Shown: piece after piece, positions 12,551 to 25,182 of the stretch | Layout: the number at the start of each line of letters is the position of its first letter | How positions within the stretch are numbered: position 1 is the stretch's first letter | Assembly (NCBI GenBank): GCA_051294905.1 | Contig: CM119385.1 | Coordinates: forward strand, 16,182,001-16,246,000 | DNA: 64,000 nucleotides | From: Botryllus schlosseri | Lineage: Eukaryota | Reading direction: 5' to 3' | Made by a program: the position numbers and the translations under genes | Notes under the pieces: generated by a model | Told to the model about the DNA's origin: nothing | Databases searched by the model: none | What the model saw: the letters and a program-made list of their open reading frames with translations, nothing else

Positions 12551-13848
12551 CAGCACCGTAACTGCCGCACCCCAAACCCCCCAATTGGGGGGGGCCCGAG
12601 CTCGAAGGGGGCCCCAAATTATTTCGTGAATTAGCATAAATTATAGAGTATTTTTTGAAAATTTATGCAATTTTTTCCAAAATTTTGCGCGCCGCGCGCG
12701 ATTTATAGTTGCCAAATATCTTGATTATTTGGTACTCTTCCCCCAAGAAAAAACACGCAAGATTTATAGAAATGAACATATCGGCGTTGGCCATTAACAC
12801 GCACCACTACGCACCAAGATATATAACGATTTAGAGCTTATTCCATGCGACTCCAAGAAGTGTGCCAGAACGATCGGCAGCGCGAAAAGCTTGGCCGAAA
12901 CGGACTGCCCTTACGCAGACCGAAAACTTCATTATATATACAAAATGATAGGTTTAATTGTCCATAGGCGCCTAAATGACTGGCGCCATATGTTCCTGCC
13001 TTGGCAATCTGAACCTCATAAGACAAATACCATCCAGCAGGAAAAATATATGCCAGTGAAGAAATAGCAATTTGAAATCGTGTGCGTCTTTTAGTTTAGT
13101 ACGTTTGAGCGATTCTATATTTTTGATATAGCAGACAGGAGGTCACGAAATAAAATCATGTAACGAAGTCATACTAACGGGTCCGCCCGCCCGAAGATGT
13201 TTAATTATTATTTACGGGCCCTACAGTTTCCGGTAAATCTGATAATGTGAGCAGAGAGGACAAGATATTGATAGCAATATTTATGCAATTCCCGATCTTA
13301 TTGACCGATTATATAATGAATTATCGAAAATTTTCGCGCTTCGAGCTGGCTCACTAAACAGTGCAGCTAATCTCGTGGCAAAAGCGAACACTGTGATGTT
13401 ATCACCCTATGAGAACCCAAAACCCAATTTTTGTGGGGGGGGCGGGCTGACGAAGTGCTGTTTCGTTCGTGCCAACGGGTACGCCCGAAGATGTCTAATT
13501 ATTATTGGGCGGTCCTACGTTTTAAAACAGACCTCGCTCAGCTCTACCGGTAACTCTGATTACGTGAGTAGAGAGAGGATCAAAATTGATAGCAGGATAT
13601 ATGTAATTCCCGATCATATTGGCCGATTCAATCAGGATTTACTGAAATTTTTCGCGCTTCGCGCGTCTAGGCGGGAAAAGCTGGCCCACAAAACCGACAC
13701 CCAATGCTAATGTCAAATAGCGTCCAAAATCGGATTGCCGAAGGGGGGTCTGGGGGGCGAAGCCCCCCAGAAGTTATGTTTATCACCCTATGGGGGGCCC
13801 AAGGCCAACGTTTTGGGGGGGGCCTGACGAAGTGCTGTTACGGCCCTG
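12551..13848. mobile_element. hAT-type non-autonomous element with internal duplication
   Basis: Ends CAGCACCGTAAC / GTTACGGCCCTG; perfect TSD CATATAGT (12543-12550, 13849-13856); ~13165-13350 is repeated at ~13450-13670, and the right-end motif also occurs internally at ~13400-13460. Confidence 0.8.
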
Positions 13849-14457
13849 CATATAGTGCCACTAAAGGCCTACCAGACCCACATTTTCGCCAACTGCGATT
13901 GAATAAATTATAATTATCACACGAGAAAACCAATATTTAACAGTACATTATACCGACCCGACGTGTTTATTTCGCACCGAATGATCTGGACTCCGTAGAG
14001 CAAATGATGTTAACGAGATATACATTCGATGCCAATACAAACGTCGAATGTCATATGCGTTGCCAGGGAGCGTAAGGCGCCTTCACCGCTCCTCCAATTT
14101 TTCGACTTGAGTATTGTGACGTCATATTTCCCACTACTTCATCGTTAACAAAGAATTGACCCTCCATAATTTTCATCCGCTTTTCCCGAATTTTACTGTT
14201 GGTTACAGCGTTACACCAATTACACCATTTCCAGCGGCAACGTCGGCAATGCACGGGTAGGTTAGCAGAAAGAATGCGTAGCACACTCAAATTCCCGACG
14301 GCTAACATTCCTCTTAATTATCTACAACCTCGAATAAAAGCCTGTTGGTACTTTATAGAAAAGAATCGCTGCTAATATACTCATTCGTAAGATCGTATGT
14401 TCTATACCCTACACGGCCTGCAATTTTATATACGATTCTAATGCGAACGACTTGTGT

Positions 14458-14517
14458 ATGTCCATGTCCAATTGTCCAGTCCATGTCCATGTCCATGTCC
14501 ATGTCCATGTCCATGTC
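14458..14517. repeat. (CCATGT)n hexanucleotide microsatellite
   Basis: About 10 units, one interruption. Confidence 0.9.
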
Positions 14518-16621
14518 TTTCAAACCTTCTCGCCTGTCAGTTCGTCGTGTTTAGGACTGGACGAGTGGACGGAGCTTATCTGCTTTTTCTAACATGAGGG
14601 CTGAGACAAAGATGGCGCAACTTCCTAATATTGACTTGGCTTGCTTGATTTCGAGCGAAGCAACGCGCGACCGGATAATGATCGCTTTCCGCAAAATGCG
14701 TGTCTCGCGCACGCTGGAGCTTACGCGCCTGGTGGAGCCCTTTGTGAGTTCAAAATATTCAATGAGATGAATAGACACGCGAACGAAGTATGAACTTTCT
14801 GCGACGCCCTGCTTCGGAGGTCGCCGGTTATTGTTTGAGGCGAACGAACGAAACTATAGTACGAAAATATGTGAGCAACGCATCTGGGTGCAGCCGCAAT
14901 ACAACGTTACGTGTTATCAGGTTCCCTGAACTAACTATGCGTACGCGACATCTCACAATATAGCCGTAATTCAATCGCCCGATTAGGATATGACAACGTG
15001 GCAGTTGGCATACGCCATACAAGAAGCGCCGACCCGCGTACAGGGGTCGGAAATCGTTGCACTTCATGGTCAAGGCACCTTTTCAAATTTATGGCGAAAC
15101 ATATTGTAGGTACATATTTTATCGCATTATACAATAGTTACACAAATAAAATGAAACACAAGACCCGTATAACTACATCCCGTTACCACAATGCGTTATC
15201 ATGTCTTGGCTACGATTTAGCCGATAAACCATCATCCATCCATACCTTTGATGAGTCGTCGCTCGTGTCCTACTTCGTGACGCGTCTCCGACAGCTCCGA
15301 GTAGATTTGGCGGCTCGTCGTATATGTCACGCTGCCTGACGGAAGTTATATGAATAATTTACATAACACAAGCGACATCAATATAGCTGGCAGGAATCAT
15401 CAATATCGACGAAGCACTTCATAATCCTTTCGACAGTACAACGCTCATCTCAAATGATCCTACCGTCTTAAATATAATATGCAAACTGTATAGCCCCCGC
15501 GTTAATAGATATCAATACAATAATAATAACCGATTATTTCGGGAGATTTCAGAAAAAAAGGAAATAGGAATATCTCCCCATAAATAGGGTTTACCGATCT
15601 TGAAGAACATGTCGCGCTATCGCTTGATACGCTAAAATAATTCAGCAGATCAATTAATTGGTCATTTCTAGCCTCGAGTTCTCGCGGTGCGGATCGCCTG
15701 CGAAAGATCTCGCGTGTGTATTAATAAACCGCCGCCGTCTCTTTGTAGCGAAGACTCGTGCGCGCACCCGGAAGTGTCCTTTATCTTGCGTAAGCTATGG
15801 TCCGTCTGACGCGATAAAATCGAGCGCGAAGTTGCGCTCTCGTGACTCGTCGTGAGAGCCGTTACAGTACACCAGGCAAATTCCCCGCACACGGAAATAG
15901 CGGTCATGTTAACGGCAGAATATGGCGGGTAGCGACGGATGTGTACTGCCATACGACCGAACTACATGATCTACACGTTGTCGTCAATACACCGTGATGT
16001 TGTTCTGTAAGCAGGCGGCTGCTTTAATCCATTACGTACCAGTCGGAAGCCACGAAATCAGCGTCAATTCACAGTCGCATATATGCGCTCCGAGTTATCC
16101 GTCGATCGTTAGATGCAAGGTTGACGCCGTGGTCGATATTGTGACGATATAGGCGGAGGAGAGCGAAAGGAAACGACAGGACGAAACCGTCGCGAAGAGA
16201 ACATAAAGAGACAAAGAGCGCGACGAGCTCAGAGCGTGGGTATAGCGGACTACCAGGAAACGACAGAACAATCAAAACACTGCATGCTGCGAGAATCGTG
16301 AAGCCTCTCCCACGCCGAGAAAGCATCGACGTTATACGCATTCGGTATATTACTCGTCAGTATAAATTTTGCCGATCAAAAATCGCCTCGAATCTACAGG
16401 TCTTGTTATTGTACGATCTGCGTGGGAAGACTCATCAGGTACCGTCCTCCAACCCCTGGTGTTTTGCATGAATGTGGTGATTTCCTTTTGTGTATTTATG
16501 AATTTGTCGTAGATGATGCGATCCCCATCATCGGTCCGTATTACCATGCATGCAAATACATAACTTCAAAATGAAAGAAGATGCTTTAGCAATTTTCCAA
16601 AAAGTGAGCTAACACGCCCAA

Positions 16622-18083
16622 TAGGGTTGTCCATAATTTGGGAAATCTCAAAAAAGATGCGTATCCATGTCTCATTCTGTAGATTATTGATATAAAACGT
16701 CAATGAACCTGCAATAAGCTCATAGTAAAGTCGTTAACATTTGTCTAAATGCGTTTGAAAGTAGCTGCCGTAGAGTGGGCGTGTTAGTGACCATAGAACG
16801 GCGAGAAGACTAGTAATCACGAAATCACGTCTCTTGATTAGTTATTCAGGTATGCTTGAATGATCACGACCACAGCGGCTTGCTGATTATGTGCTTCTAT
16901 TAGTCCAAGGAGATCGCTAACGGCAATGATTATGTATGCGCATTGTACAGTATAGATCCAAGAAATACCTATATGATATGCTTGAGATTACGTCAAGTGG
17001 TCCTGCTTTCTGGGTGCAGGTAAGGCATATTAGACATCACCAAGCCGGTGCAGCATAACATGTGAGATGGATGCTGGACACAACCCTGTTTGCTCAGAAG
17101 ATATGTGAGCCGACCAGGTAGCTTACATTGGATTTCTGAAGAAGAGTGTAACTACCACACCGCTTCAATCCATCCGTTTTATGTCTGGTTTGGTTCAAGC
17201 ATTAGTCGTTATGCAGCCGGTAATGATCTAACATTCATTAAGGACATGCTGAGCAATGCAAGCAAACTATCTTTTTGCTGGTCCTACCAGCACAGTCTGT
17301 GCTTATCTTTAGACCTCTTTGCCCGACATCATTGAGGACTTTGGCCGCACTTGCGGGTATCATTCATTATGCTGCAAGAATCTGACAAGTGCCAAGCATA
17401 AATGACTGATTCATCCAGCCCTTACAGCAGCCAAGACTTCAATTATGTACCACGGCAACAGCCTAATAAGATCAGACAAAGTAGTGTCAATGTCAAACTT
17501 TATATTTGTATTCAATGATGGTACATCCCCTCTGAAACTAGAAATTCGTTTGCCACTTGCATAAGCGCCTTTGCAGTATTTTTCCGCGTGTTTTTGTGCT
17601 TGCCATCAATGAAATCAAGGCATACAGGCAACAACGGTTACCTTCACAATAAGCCATCTAGTCATGTATTTAAAGACATTGTGAAGCAGCTGTTCTTATA
17701 GTTCATCATGTATTTCGCAACCCAACATGTTCTGAATGAATCCTAAATCATTAGTTGCGAACCAACCTACAATGCCCATATAGAATCACCGCCGTCAGCC
17801 GACTCCTTGACCAGCTGACCAACAAGCCGCCAGCGTCGTGATCATTGAAGCATAGCAGATTAGCTAATCAAACGCCGTGATTTCGTGATTACTAGTCTGC
17901 TTGCCGTTCTATGGTCGCTGACACGCCCAATCTACGGCAGCTACTTTCAAACGCATTTAGACAAATGTTAACGACTTTCCTGTGAGGTTATTGCAGGTTC
18001 ATTGACGTTTTTGAACTATAATCTATAGAATGAGACATGGATACGCATAAATTTTGAGATTTTCCAAATTATGGACAATCCTA
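16622..18083 (-). mobile_element. Internally deleted hAT element with ~265-bp TIRs and transposase remnant
   Basis: 16622-16890 is the inverted repeat of 17820-18083 (TAGGGTTGTCCATAATT...); perfect TSD ACGCCCAA (16614-16621, 18084-18091); minus-strand remnants SGKRISSFRGD (~17524-17558) and frameshifted HLTCYA/HRL (~17042-17069) resemble hAT CGRQxxxFRGH and CxxH motifs. Confidence 0.8.
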
Positions 18084-18140
18084 ACGCCCAACTACGCCCA
18101 ACCCGGTTAGATTTGCATAGGATGTATAGTGTGTGTATAT

Positions 18141-18516
18141 TAGGCTTACCATATTTTGGAAATCTAAAAAGAGGACACTTTTTCAGAAAGTTCAGACATG
18201 CAAAATCGGAGCAGAATTCTCAAAAACCGGTAAATTTTTCCCACTTCGTGATCGGTTGAATGAAAAAAAAAAAAAAAAGGTCATCTTTTCGCTCAGAGCT
18301 AAAATCACCGTTTTTTACTCTGAAATACCCGCCGGAGCTTAACTTCTGTGCTAATTTGCGGCATATCACTCGCGATTTCCTCTAAATCTGACCTAAATTT
18401 TCAAAAAAGGGGACAAAATCTCAAAAAAGAGGACAAAAGGGCGTCCTCCGAGGACACTTTCAAAAAAGTCAAAAAAGAGGACAAATCCTCTTAAAAGAGG
18501 ACGTATTGTAAGCCTA
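18141..18516. mobile_element. hAT-type MITE (TAGG-ended, GAGGAC-rich family)
   Basis: TIRs TAGGCTTAC / GTAAGCCTA; perfect TSD GTGTATAT (18133-18140, 18517-18524); relatives at 30881, 33443, 33884. Confidence 0.85.
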
Positions 18517-21500
18517 GTGTATATACAATACGTATATGTATAATTTTACAAAGTAGGCCACTTCAATTTTTTTAAGTTCTCAATCAGTACTGCTACACCT
18601 ACACTCCATGCTCGAGTGATTTAATTTTTTGCTGCTATACTTGTGCAACTCTCTTAGTTTTGAGTCAAAATAACTCTACGTCAAGTCAAAATGAGTTTGA
18701 ATGCAGATTTTCATCATTTTTCTCAGTGAACTGGTCATAGCGATTAGGCAAGGTGTCTCTGCGTCACGATCGTACAATATTATTTTGATATTTCACCCAT
18801 ATGTGGTACAACGCAGTGATCGTGGAGATACATACCGTAATTTTAAAATGTTGCCAACATTAACAAATAACAGTCAAGAAGACGTTAACTTAAGGTAATC
18901 TTCAAATCTGCCCCATTGAAAATTGTTCACGCCATTCATAGTTTCTGACGCTGCTGCGGCCTGAGTTGGAACCGCTACTTTTCAATTCACTTCTTGAGTA
19001 GCGTCAGCGACCCCTTTAACACGAAGTTGTGACCGCCGGTGCCATTGCAACGTAGCGATGGTCATGGTCATGCGTTTTGGAGTTTACAAATCAATGTTTC
19101 AGTACAACTACGTGGTAGCATTATTTGTGCTTGTTGAATAGAAGTTCAGAAGTCGACCACGGTATTTTCGGAATTGAAATGGGCAACGATTTCAAATAAT
19201 TAGTAACCCTATCAATAAATGTAATTTAGATACGATGCGCATCTGCAAATCCATATATTTATCAGTCATGTACTAGCATTTAAATGAGAAACGCACGTAT
19301 TTGTTTCAACCCAACAATTCGGTTTGGGAATTCGTTTAATCCATCGGACTCCGATTTTGACGTCTTTAAATAGCCAAAAACAAATGACGCCCATTCCACG
19401 GAGTTGTTAAATGTATGATGAAACGAAAGGTAGTCTATGACATTGGATTATGAAAACGACCGTCATCGAGGCAGAACAAATAGTGATGTAAACTATTCAT
19501 TGTAGTAAGTAATAGCAGTATGTTTGTCACTAATCGATTTTCGAGAAGTGGTTTGAAATTACCATTGCATGTGACCAATGTTCTCCATAGTAAAGCACAA
19601 ACAGATATTGTCTTACCCCGTGGCCAGTGTCCAATATAAAAATCTACATCAGACGATGAGTCAATAAAACCTTACTGAATGAAGTATTTAATTTAATGAA
19701 GGTCATAACCAAAATTAACAAATAGAGACGAAGTCCTGAGTAGAAAACGCGAATAGAGACATCCTTGCGAAACTAAAGTGATCATTGATCAAACATAGCG
19801 CTCTGGTGGTTGCAGTCGTCACTGATGCTAATACTCACTAAATGAGGTAGCGCTCTGTCGGTACCACCCGATACTGCTTAAAATGATTAATAATAATTAA
19901 TTAGAAGGAGAAACATTTCAATTGAGCTCAGCAAATATACATGACATCGTTCTTCGGCCGATGATCACGCAGATTTCATTTAGGAACAGTCCACCCTCGA
20001 CATCATATAAAACTATATTATTTGCGACTTTAGAATCAGCACGGAATGACCATGCATTTAAAAGGAGTTTAATCACAAATCTATTTTTGGATCCCAAATA
20101 CAGATGCTAATTCCCAAGTCTCAAATCTCCATCTAGATTAGTGGCTCCCAAAAGTGGAGACATCGCCCTACTGGGTAAGATTTTGACAGACAGGGGGCGA
20201 AATAACGTACGGGTTGATTGTGGGGCGAAAATGCCAGAAAGTTCAGTCAATTTTGTTGACAGAGAATCGACTCAATGCTTGACTCATTCTAGTACGGGCA
20301 CGGTAAAAAGGAAGTTTGGGAACCACTGATCTACATGGAGAAGTGACTTTCAGAACAACAAGATCTGTTGGCGCGTGTTCCTATCACTTGTTGCTGACGC
20401 CTAAAATATCCTTGATAGTAGACAGACATAAGAATGTATACGAGATTTGACAATGATGATGATGATGAGATGTGGCAATTGGTCCACCTCAAAATCCTTG
20501 GCTCCAAAGGCGCGTTGTTTCGCTGGCACAATAATGCTCAATAAAAACAATACCCAAACATACTAAATGCTCATTGCTCAAATGCTCATAGTATATACTC
20601 ACATACGTTTGTGCGCTTTCAAAATCGATTACGGAAACACCAACTCACAATAGCATTCTACCCCATTCTCTTACCTGATATTTGCACCGTTGAAATCTCG
20701 CGGATTCGCTTTTTAGCAACGCGAGGCGTCTCGTCAGATTCCGCGTCGCGGCAACGCTTATTCGTAGGATCTTCGAAGCAGGCGTTCGAACGAGCGTAAA
20801 CCGCCGTTTGAATTGCGAACGTATTTCCGTTTTGCCGCGCGAGCGTCGCTACTCCACGCCGACAAATCATATGGCAACTCGGCCGATCGCAACAGGAAAA
20901 GGAAGCCGACGCATCTAGCGTCGTTCATTGGTTGGCGTCAGCATGCGAGGTAAACCTGCAACGCCACCCGGCCGCTATCACAGATATCAACTGGTAAGCA
21001 GCAAGCGATAGTAAAAAGTTTGAAAGAAACGGATAGGATATATGTATGGCCTGCCCAATGGCCAACCATTCAAGTCGTTACATCGCTAAGCACGAGGAAA
21101 TGGTTTGCGAAACTAATTCGTAGCCGGCACCCGCACTCCACGCTGTTTCTGGAGACCACTCTCTACTGATGAAGTGCTCGTTACCTCCACCAAGAGACCA
21201 TATTTCTGTTACACTCAAGCTACAAAATATTGGTATTTAGTTAATGTACCTGATGTTACAATCGATCCAAGCTGTTGTGATCATTTGGTACTGTGCAAGT
21301 GAAGTTATTTGCTTCTTTCGAGGTTATCAACGTTATGAGTACTTTTTGGCGTACCGTATAAAAGAGCTAGGGGCAGTGTAAAAGCTTTTGCGTGAGCAAA
21401 TACTTGGTGTCGAGATAGTGATTTTATACATTCCACCGCGGTAGCAAATATCGGTTGCGAGTTGAGTCCGACTGAGATCTGCTCCAGACTTCCTACCAAA

Positions 21501-21562
21501 GCCTTGGGAGTCTATCTATAGGCTGATCCTTACCATCGCGTATGCGGAATGTTACAAAAGCT

Positions 21563-22165
21563 AAGAAATTCGGTGTCCTAAACGTAGAAGATATGCGGAA
21601 ACTAGAAATCGCCAAGTTTATGTATCAGTTCCACTGCGGTCGTTGCCCCGAATATTTCAATGACTTCTTTACCTCGGAATCAAAAGCGCACGAGTACAAC
21701 ACACGCGCGTCCACGTCGTCCAAATATCATATGATCGACCGAAAAGATCATCGCTCTATCAAATATGCCGGACCTGATGTGTGCAATAGTATCCAGCCGG
21801 CTATCCGACAGTCGACGAGCATGTCCACATTCAAGTCGAAATATAAGCAATTACTACTAAATAAATAGGCCTACAGTCCATCTTCAAGATTACAGGACCA
21901 CGATTGACCTATCGATCTCGCCTTCCATGACATGCCGCCCTATTTCTTGTCGCTTTCTCTTTTCTGTACTATCTTCTTTACTTTCATTCAGTGTACATGC
22001 CTCCTCTTTACATCGTCTAGAGGCCGAGGTGGGTGTCTGATTCCATAGACTACTCCAAGTCGCTTCGACATCTTCCTGTCTTTTCATTGTATCGCATTTT
22101 TGTGGTGTATTGAACTGATAAAAATTGCTAATAAACCAATGATGATGATGATGATGATGATGAAG
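21563..22165 (+). mobile_element. CR1/L2-type LINE, 5'-truncated 3' end
   Basis: ORF 21542-21868 (FGVLNVEDMRKLEIAKFMY...SIKYAG..VCNSIQPAIRQSTSMSTFKSKYKQLLL) is a typical ORF2 C-terminus; 3' UTR, AATAAA, then (TGA)n tail; same family as the 22943-23930 copy. Confidence 0.85.
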
Positions 22166-22888
22166 AAGAACAAAAATGGACCGTGGTACAAGTCGGCAGA
22201 TCAGATAACATATTAAAATGTACTTGCCTTGTATAAAATGACCATTCTAGTTCAAACACTATGGATACCAAAAAAGCATACTAACTCCTTGATCGGGATA
22301 ATAACACTGTAACCTGCAATATAATCGAACCTGTTAAAATTCGTAAAGGTATTTCATTCTTGATCACTCCACAGACTGATGAATGTGTTCTAACCGTCAC
22401 CTTGCTCAATAACGTCTGTGATCCGATCATAGAAGTATGTATGTAGTAGGGATGGTCTGAACCCTTTTCGAACAGAAATCGGATGTTGCGGAAGTCTCGT
22501 CCTATATGAATATTACTACCTGTGTTGAGTGTTTGTATTATTATGTGGGCAGTGAAATTCGTATTCCGATTCGAGACTGATTTTCTCGCATCATCCCTAT
22601 CATACACCGCCGAACATTGGCATGCATTTCTTGTTAGGTCGCAGGTTGCACATTCCCGTGTAAGACAATAGATCAGGGATACTCATTAAGTCCATTTGCG
22701 GATAATATATTGACATATCAACTACAGTATATCTTTTATAATCGGACATATTTTGGAGGTATTTTCATTATATGATGAATTCAGGGGGCCGTCCCGGACG
22801 GAAATAAATCTTCCCGCCGGGCGCACATCGAGCACCCGTTTGTTAAATGCGAACTTGAGTGCGCGCTACGCCAGCATTCGTTGTTTAC

Positions 22889-24388
22889 CAGGGTTGTAGC
22901 CAAGTCACAAGGTTCCAAGCCACAATCAATCTCACTTTTCTTTGGGTTCATTAGCAATTTTATCCGTTCAATACACCACAAAAAATGCGATACAATGAAA
23001 AGAAAGGAAGATGTCGAAGCGACTAGGAGTTGTCTATGGAATCGGACACCCACCTTGGCCTAGGCGATGTAAAGAGGGGGCATGCACACTGAATGAAAGT
23101 AAAGAAGATAGTATAGAAAAAGGAAGCGACAAGAAATAGGGCGGCATGTCATGGGAAGCGAGATCGATAGGTCAGTCGAGGCCCGGTAATCTTGAGGATG
23201 GACTGTATTTATTTAGTAGTAATTGCTTGTATTTCGACTTGAATGTGGACATGCTCGTCGACTGCCGGATGGCCGGCGGGATACTGTTCCACACATTAGA
23301 TCCGGCATATTTGATGGAGCGATGATCTTTTCGGTCGATCATATGATAATTGGACGACGTGGACGCGCGTGTGTTGTACGTGCGCGCTTTTGATTCAGAG
23401 GTAAAGAAGTCATTGAAGTATTCGGGGCAACGACCGCAGTGAAACTGATACATAAACTTGGCGATTTCTAGTTTCCGCATATCTTCTATGTTTAGGACGC
23501 CGAATCTCTTCAGCAGCGACTTATTGGATGGGCAGCCAGGCCCCTTTGGGGCCCTAGCTATGATTCGGTGTACTTTATGCTGTAGTTTCTGCAGTGGCTT
23601 GAGTGCAGTTTTACTGGCAGCCCCCCAACAGAGGATGCCATAATGTAACTTCGATTGGATTAAGGATTTAAAGAGTATCAGAAGAACCCATGCTGGCATG
23701 AAGCGCCCAAGGCTGTAGAACAGGCCGCACTTTGGTGATAATTTAGTTTCTAGGGACTGAATATGACTCTTCCAGGACATGTTCGAGTCCAGTAAAACCC
23801 CGAGATATTTGGCATTATCTGTGTTGGAAACGGGCTGACCAGCGATATTAACGGTTAGGTTATTTTTGAATTTACTGTCAACAATTGGGTTTTCGAGGCG
23901 TTTATGCAAAGGTGGTTCTGGGCCGTCCACTCATGGACTTTTGGCATTTGGTCGTGGCTTTGACGCGTGTCAAGTCGTTGCATTCACATCAGAATCCTCG
24001 ACGTTGAGCAGAGGGTCGAGTCCGATTGATACCAGTCATTACGTTCACTGTTCACCTTCGAGTTCTGGTCATGTTCAACCACTGTTTTATAATTCTGCTT
24101 GGGTGATGTCGAATGCCTCACATCCTAATATACGAATTTCTCCACTCTTAGCAGTTTCTAGTCCTGTTTTTCACTTCTGTATACGAAATACAAATACATT
24201 GGTACCTTTGCTATTCATCGAGGTTACAGTGAAATGCCTGTCGTGGCCTTCCGAGCCTCGAGTCATATGGCTTGGTCGAGTCATGCACAATGACTCGAGT
24301 GCAAGTCGAGTCGATACACAAATTGACCAAAGTCGAGTCTGAGTCATTTCCAGATTTTAAGAAAATGACTCGAGTCATTACAACCCTG
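22889..24388. mobile_element. hAT-type MITE (CAGGGTTGTA ends) hosting a LINE insertion
   Basis: TIRs CAGGGTTGTA / TACAACCCTG; perfect TSD TTGTTTAC (22881-22888, 24389-24396); GAGTC-rich right arm. Confidence 0.8.
22943..23930 (-). mobile_element. CR1/L2-type LINE, RT C-terminal region plus 3' UTR, 5'-truncated
   Basis: Open 252-codon frame 23930-23172 with KYLGVLLDSNMSWKSHI, LFKSLIQSKLHYGILCWG, LQKLQ..RII and VWNSIP motifs of the non-LTR RT thumb/C-terminus. Confidence 0.9.
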
Positions 24389-25049
24389 TTGTTTACTCTT
24401 GTTGTCTTTTTGCATTCATGGTGTTGCTAGTTCTGTGTACTCATATTACACTAGGCCCGAATACTGATTGTGATTCCTGAGCTGCTGACTTACAGCATTT
24501 GCCCACTTTCGTTTTGGTTTCTCTTCAACCAAAATGGGAGCGAACTTAATAACCTAAGGCGGGGCTTAAAAAATGTTAAGCTATCGAATGTCACTAGTTA
24601 AACCATGCATGTGATGCGATTACGTCACCATCGATCATCGAGGTCACGTGATTGTTAACAAATTAACTATACCAGTCCTCTCAATGTTAAACTGCATCCG
24701 GTCTCTAATTATCATTCCAGCTCCGCCTTTGTTTCCCATGGTATACTTTTTGAGTGCTGAGCAGGTACCTTATGCTCTAGTTAAATCAAATCCAAAATGA
24801 TATGTCAATACTCTCAAATGACGGTTGCTCAAAACGAATCGGTGGCTGCTTCGCATCGCCCCACTCCGTGACTACAGTGGTCCCATTAAGGTGTGGCCAA
24901 CCTATCGTGGCTGTGTAGTGTGTAGCCTCATTTTTACTTTCTTACTAAAGAGTTGCATCATACATGGACTAACGAAAAGTCTACGAATATCTCCACATGG
25001 TTAAACTGATGATTAGTCATAGACTGGAGTATTTGGCAATGTTATCAGT

Positions 25050-25182
25050 TACAGTGAGGTCGGCGAGGAGGAGACCATGATAAATCTCCGACACATAGAA
25101 ACTTGGTATGGAGCCGAGACTCGAATCAACAACCATTGGTGTCGTGAAGGTGTCGCTTAGCACACTGTGCCACTCGCTTCCC
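25050..25182 (-). mobile_element. tRNA-derived SINE 5' head
   Basis: Reverse complement GGGAAGCGAGTGGCACAGTGTG...GATTCGAGTCTCGGCTC...ATGTGTCGGAGATTTATC...CGCCGACCTCACTG matches the 43638 copy. Confidence 0.65.

Noticed and set aside
14520-16360. RIP/APOBEC-like C-to-T hypermutation inferred from stop codons
   Set aside because: Any stop can be restored to CAA/CAG/CGA, so the argument is circular without other copies.
22281-22607. 108-aa ORF between the LINE copies
   Set aside because: No recognisable domain or splice context.
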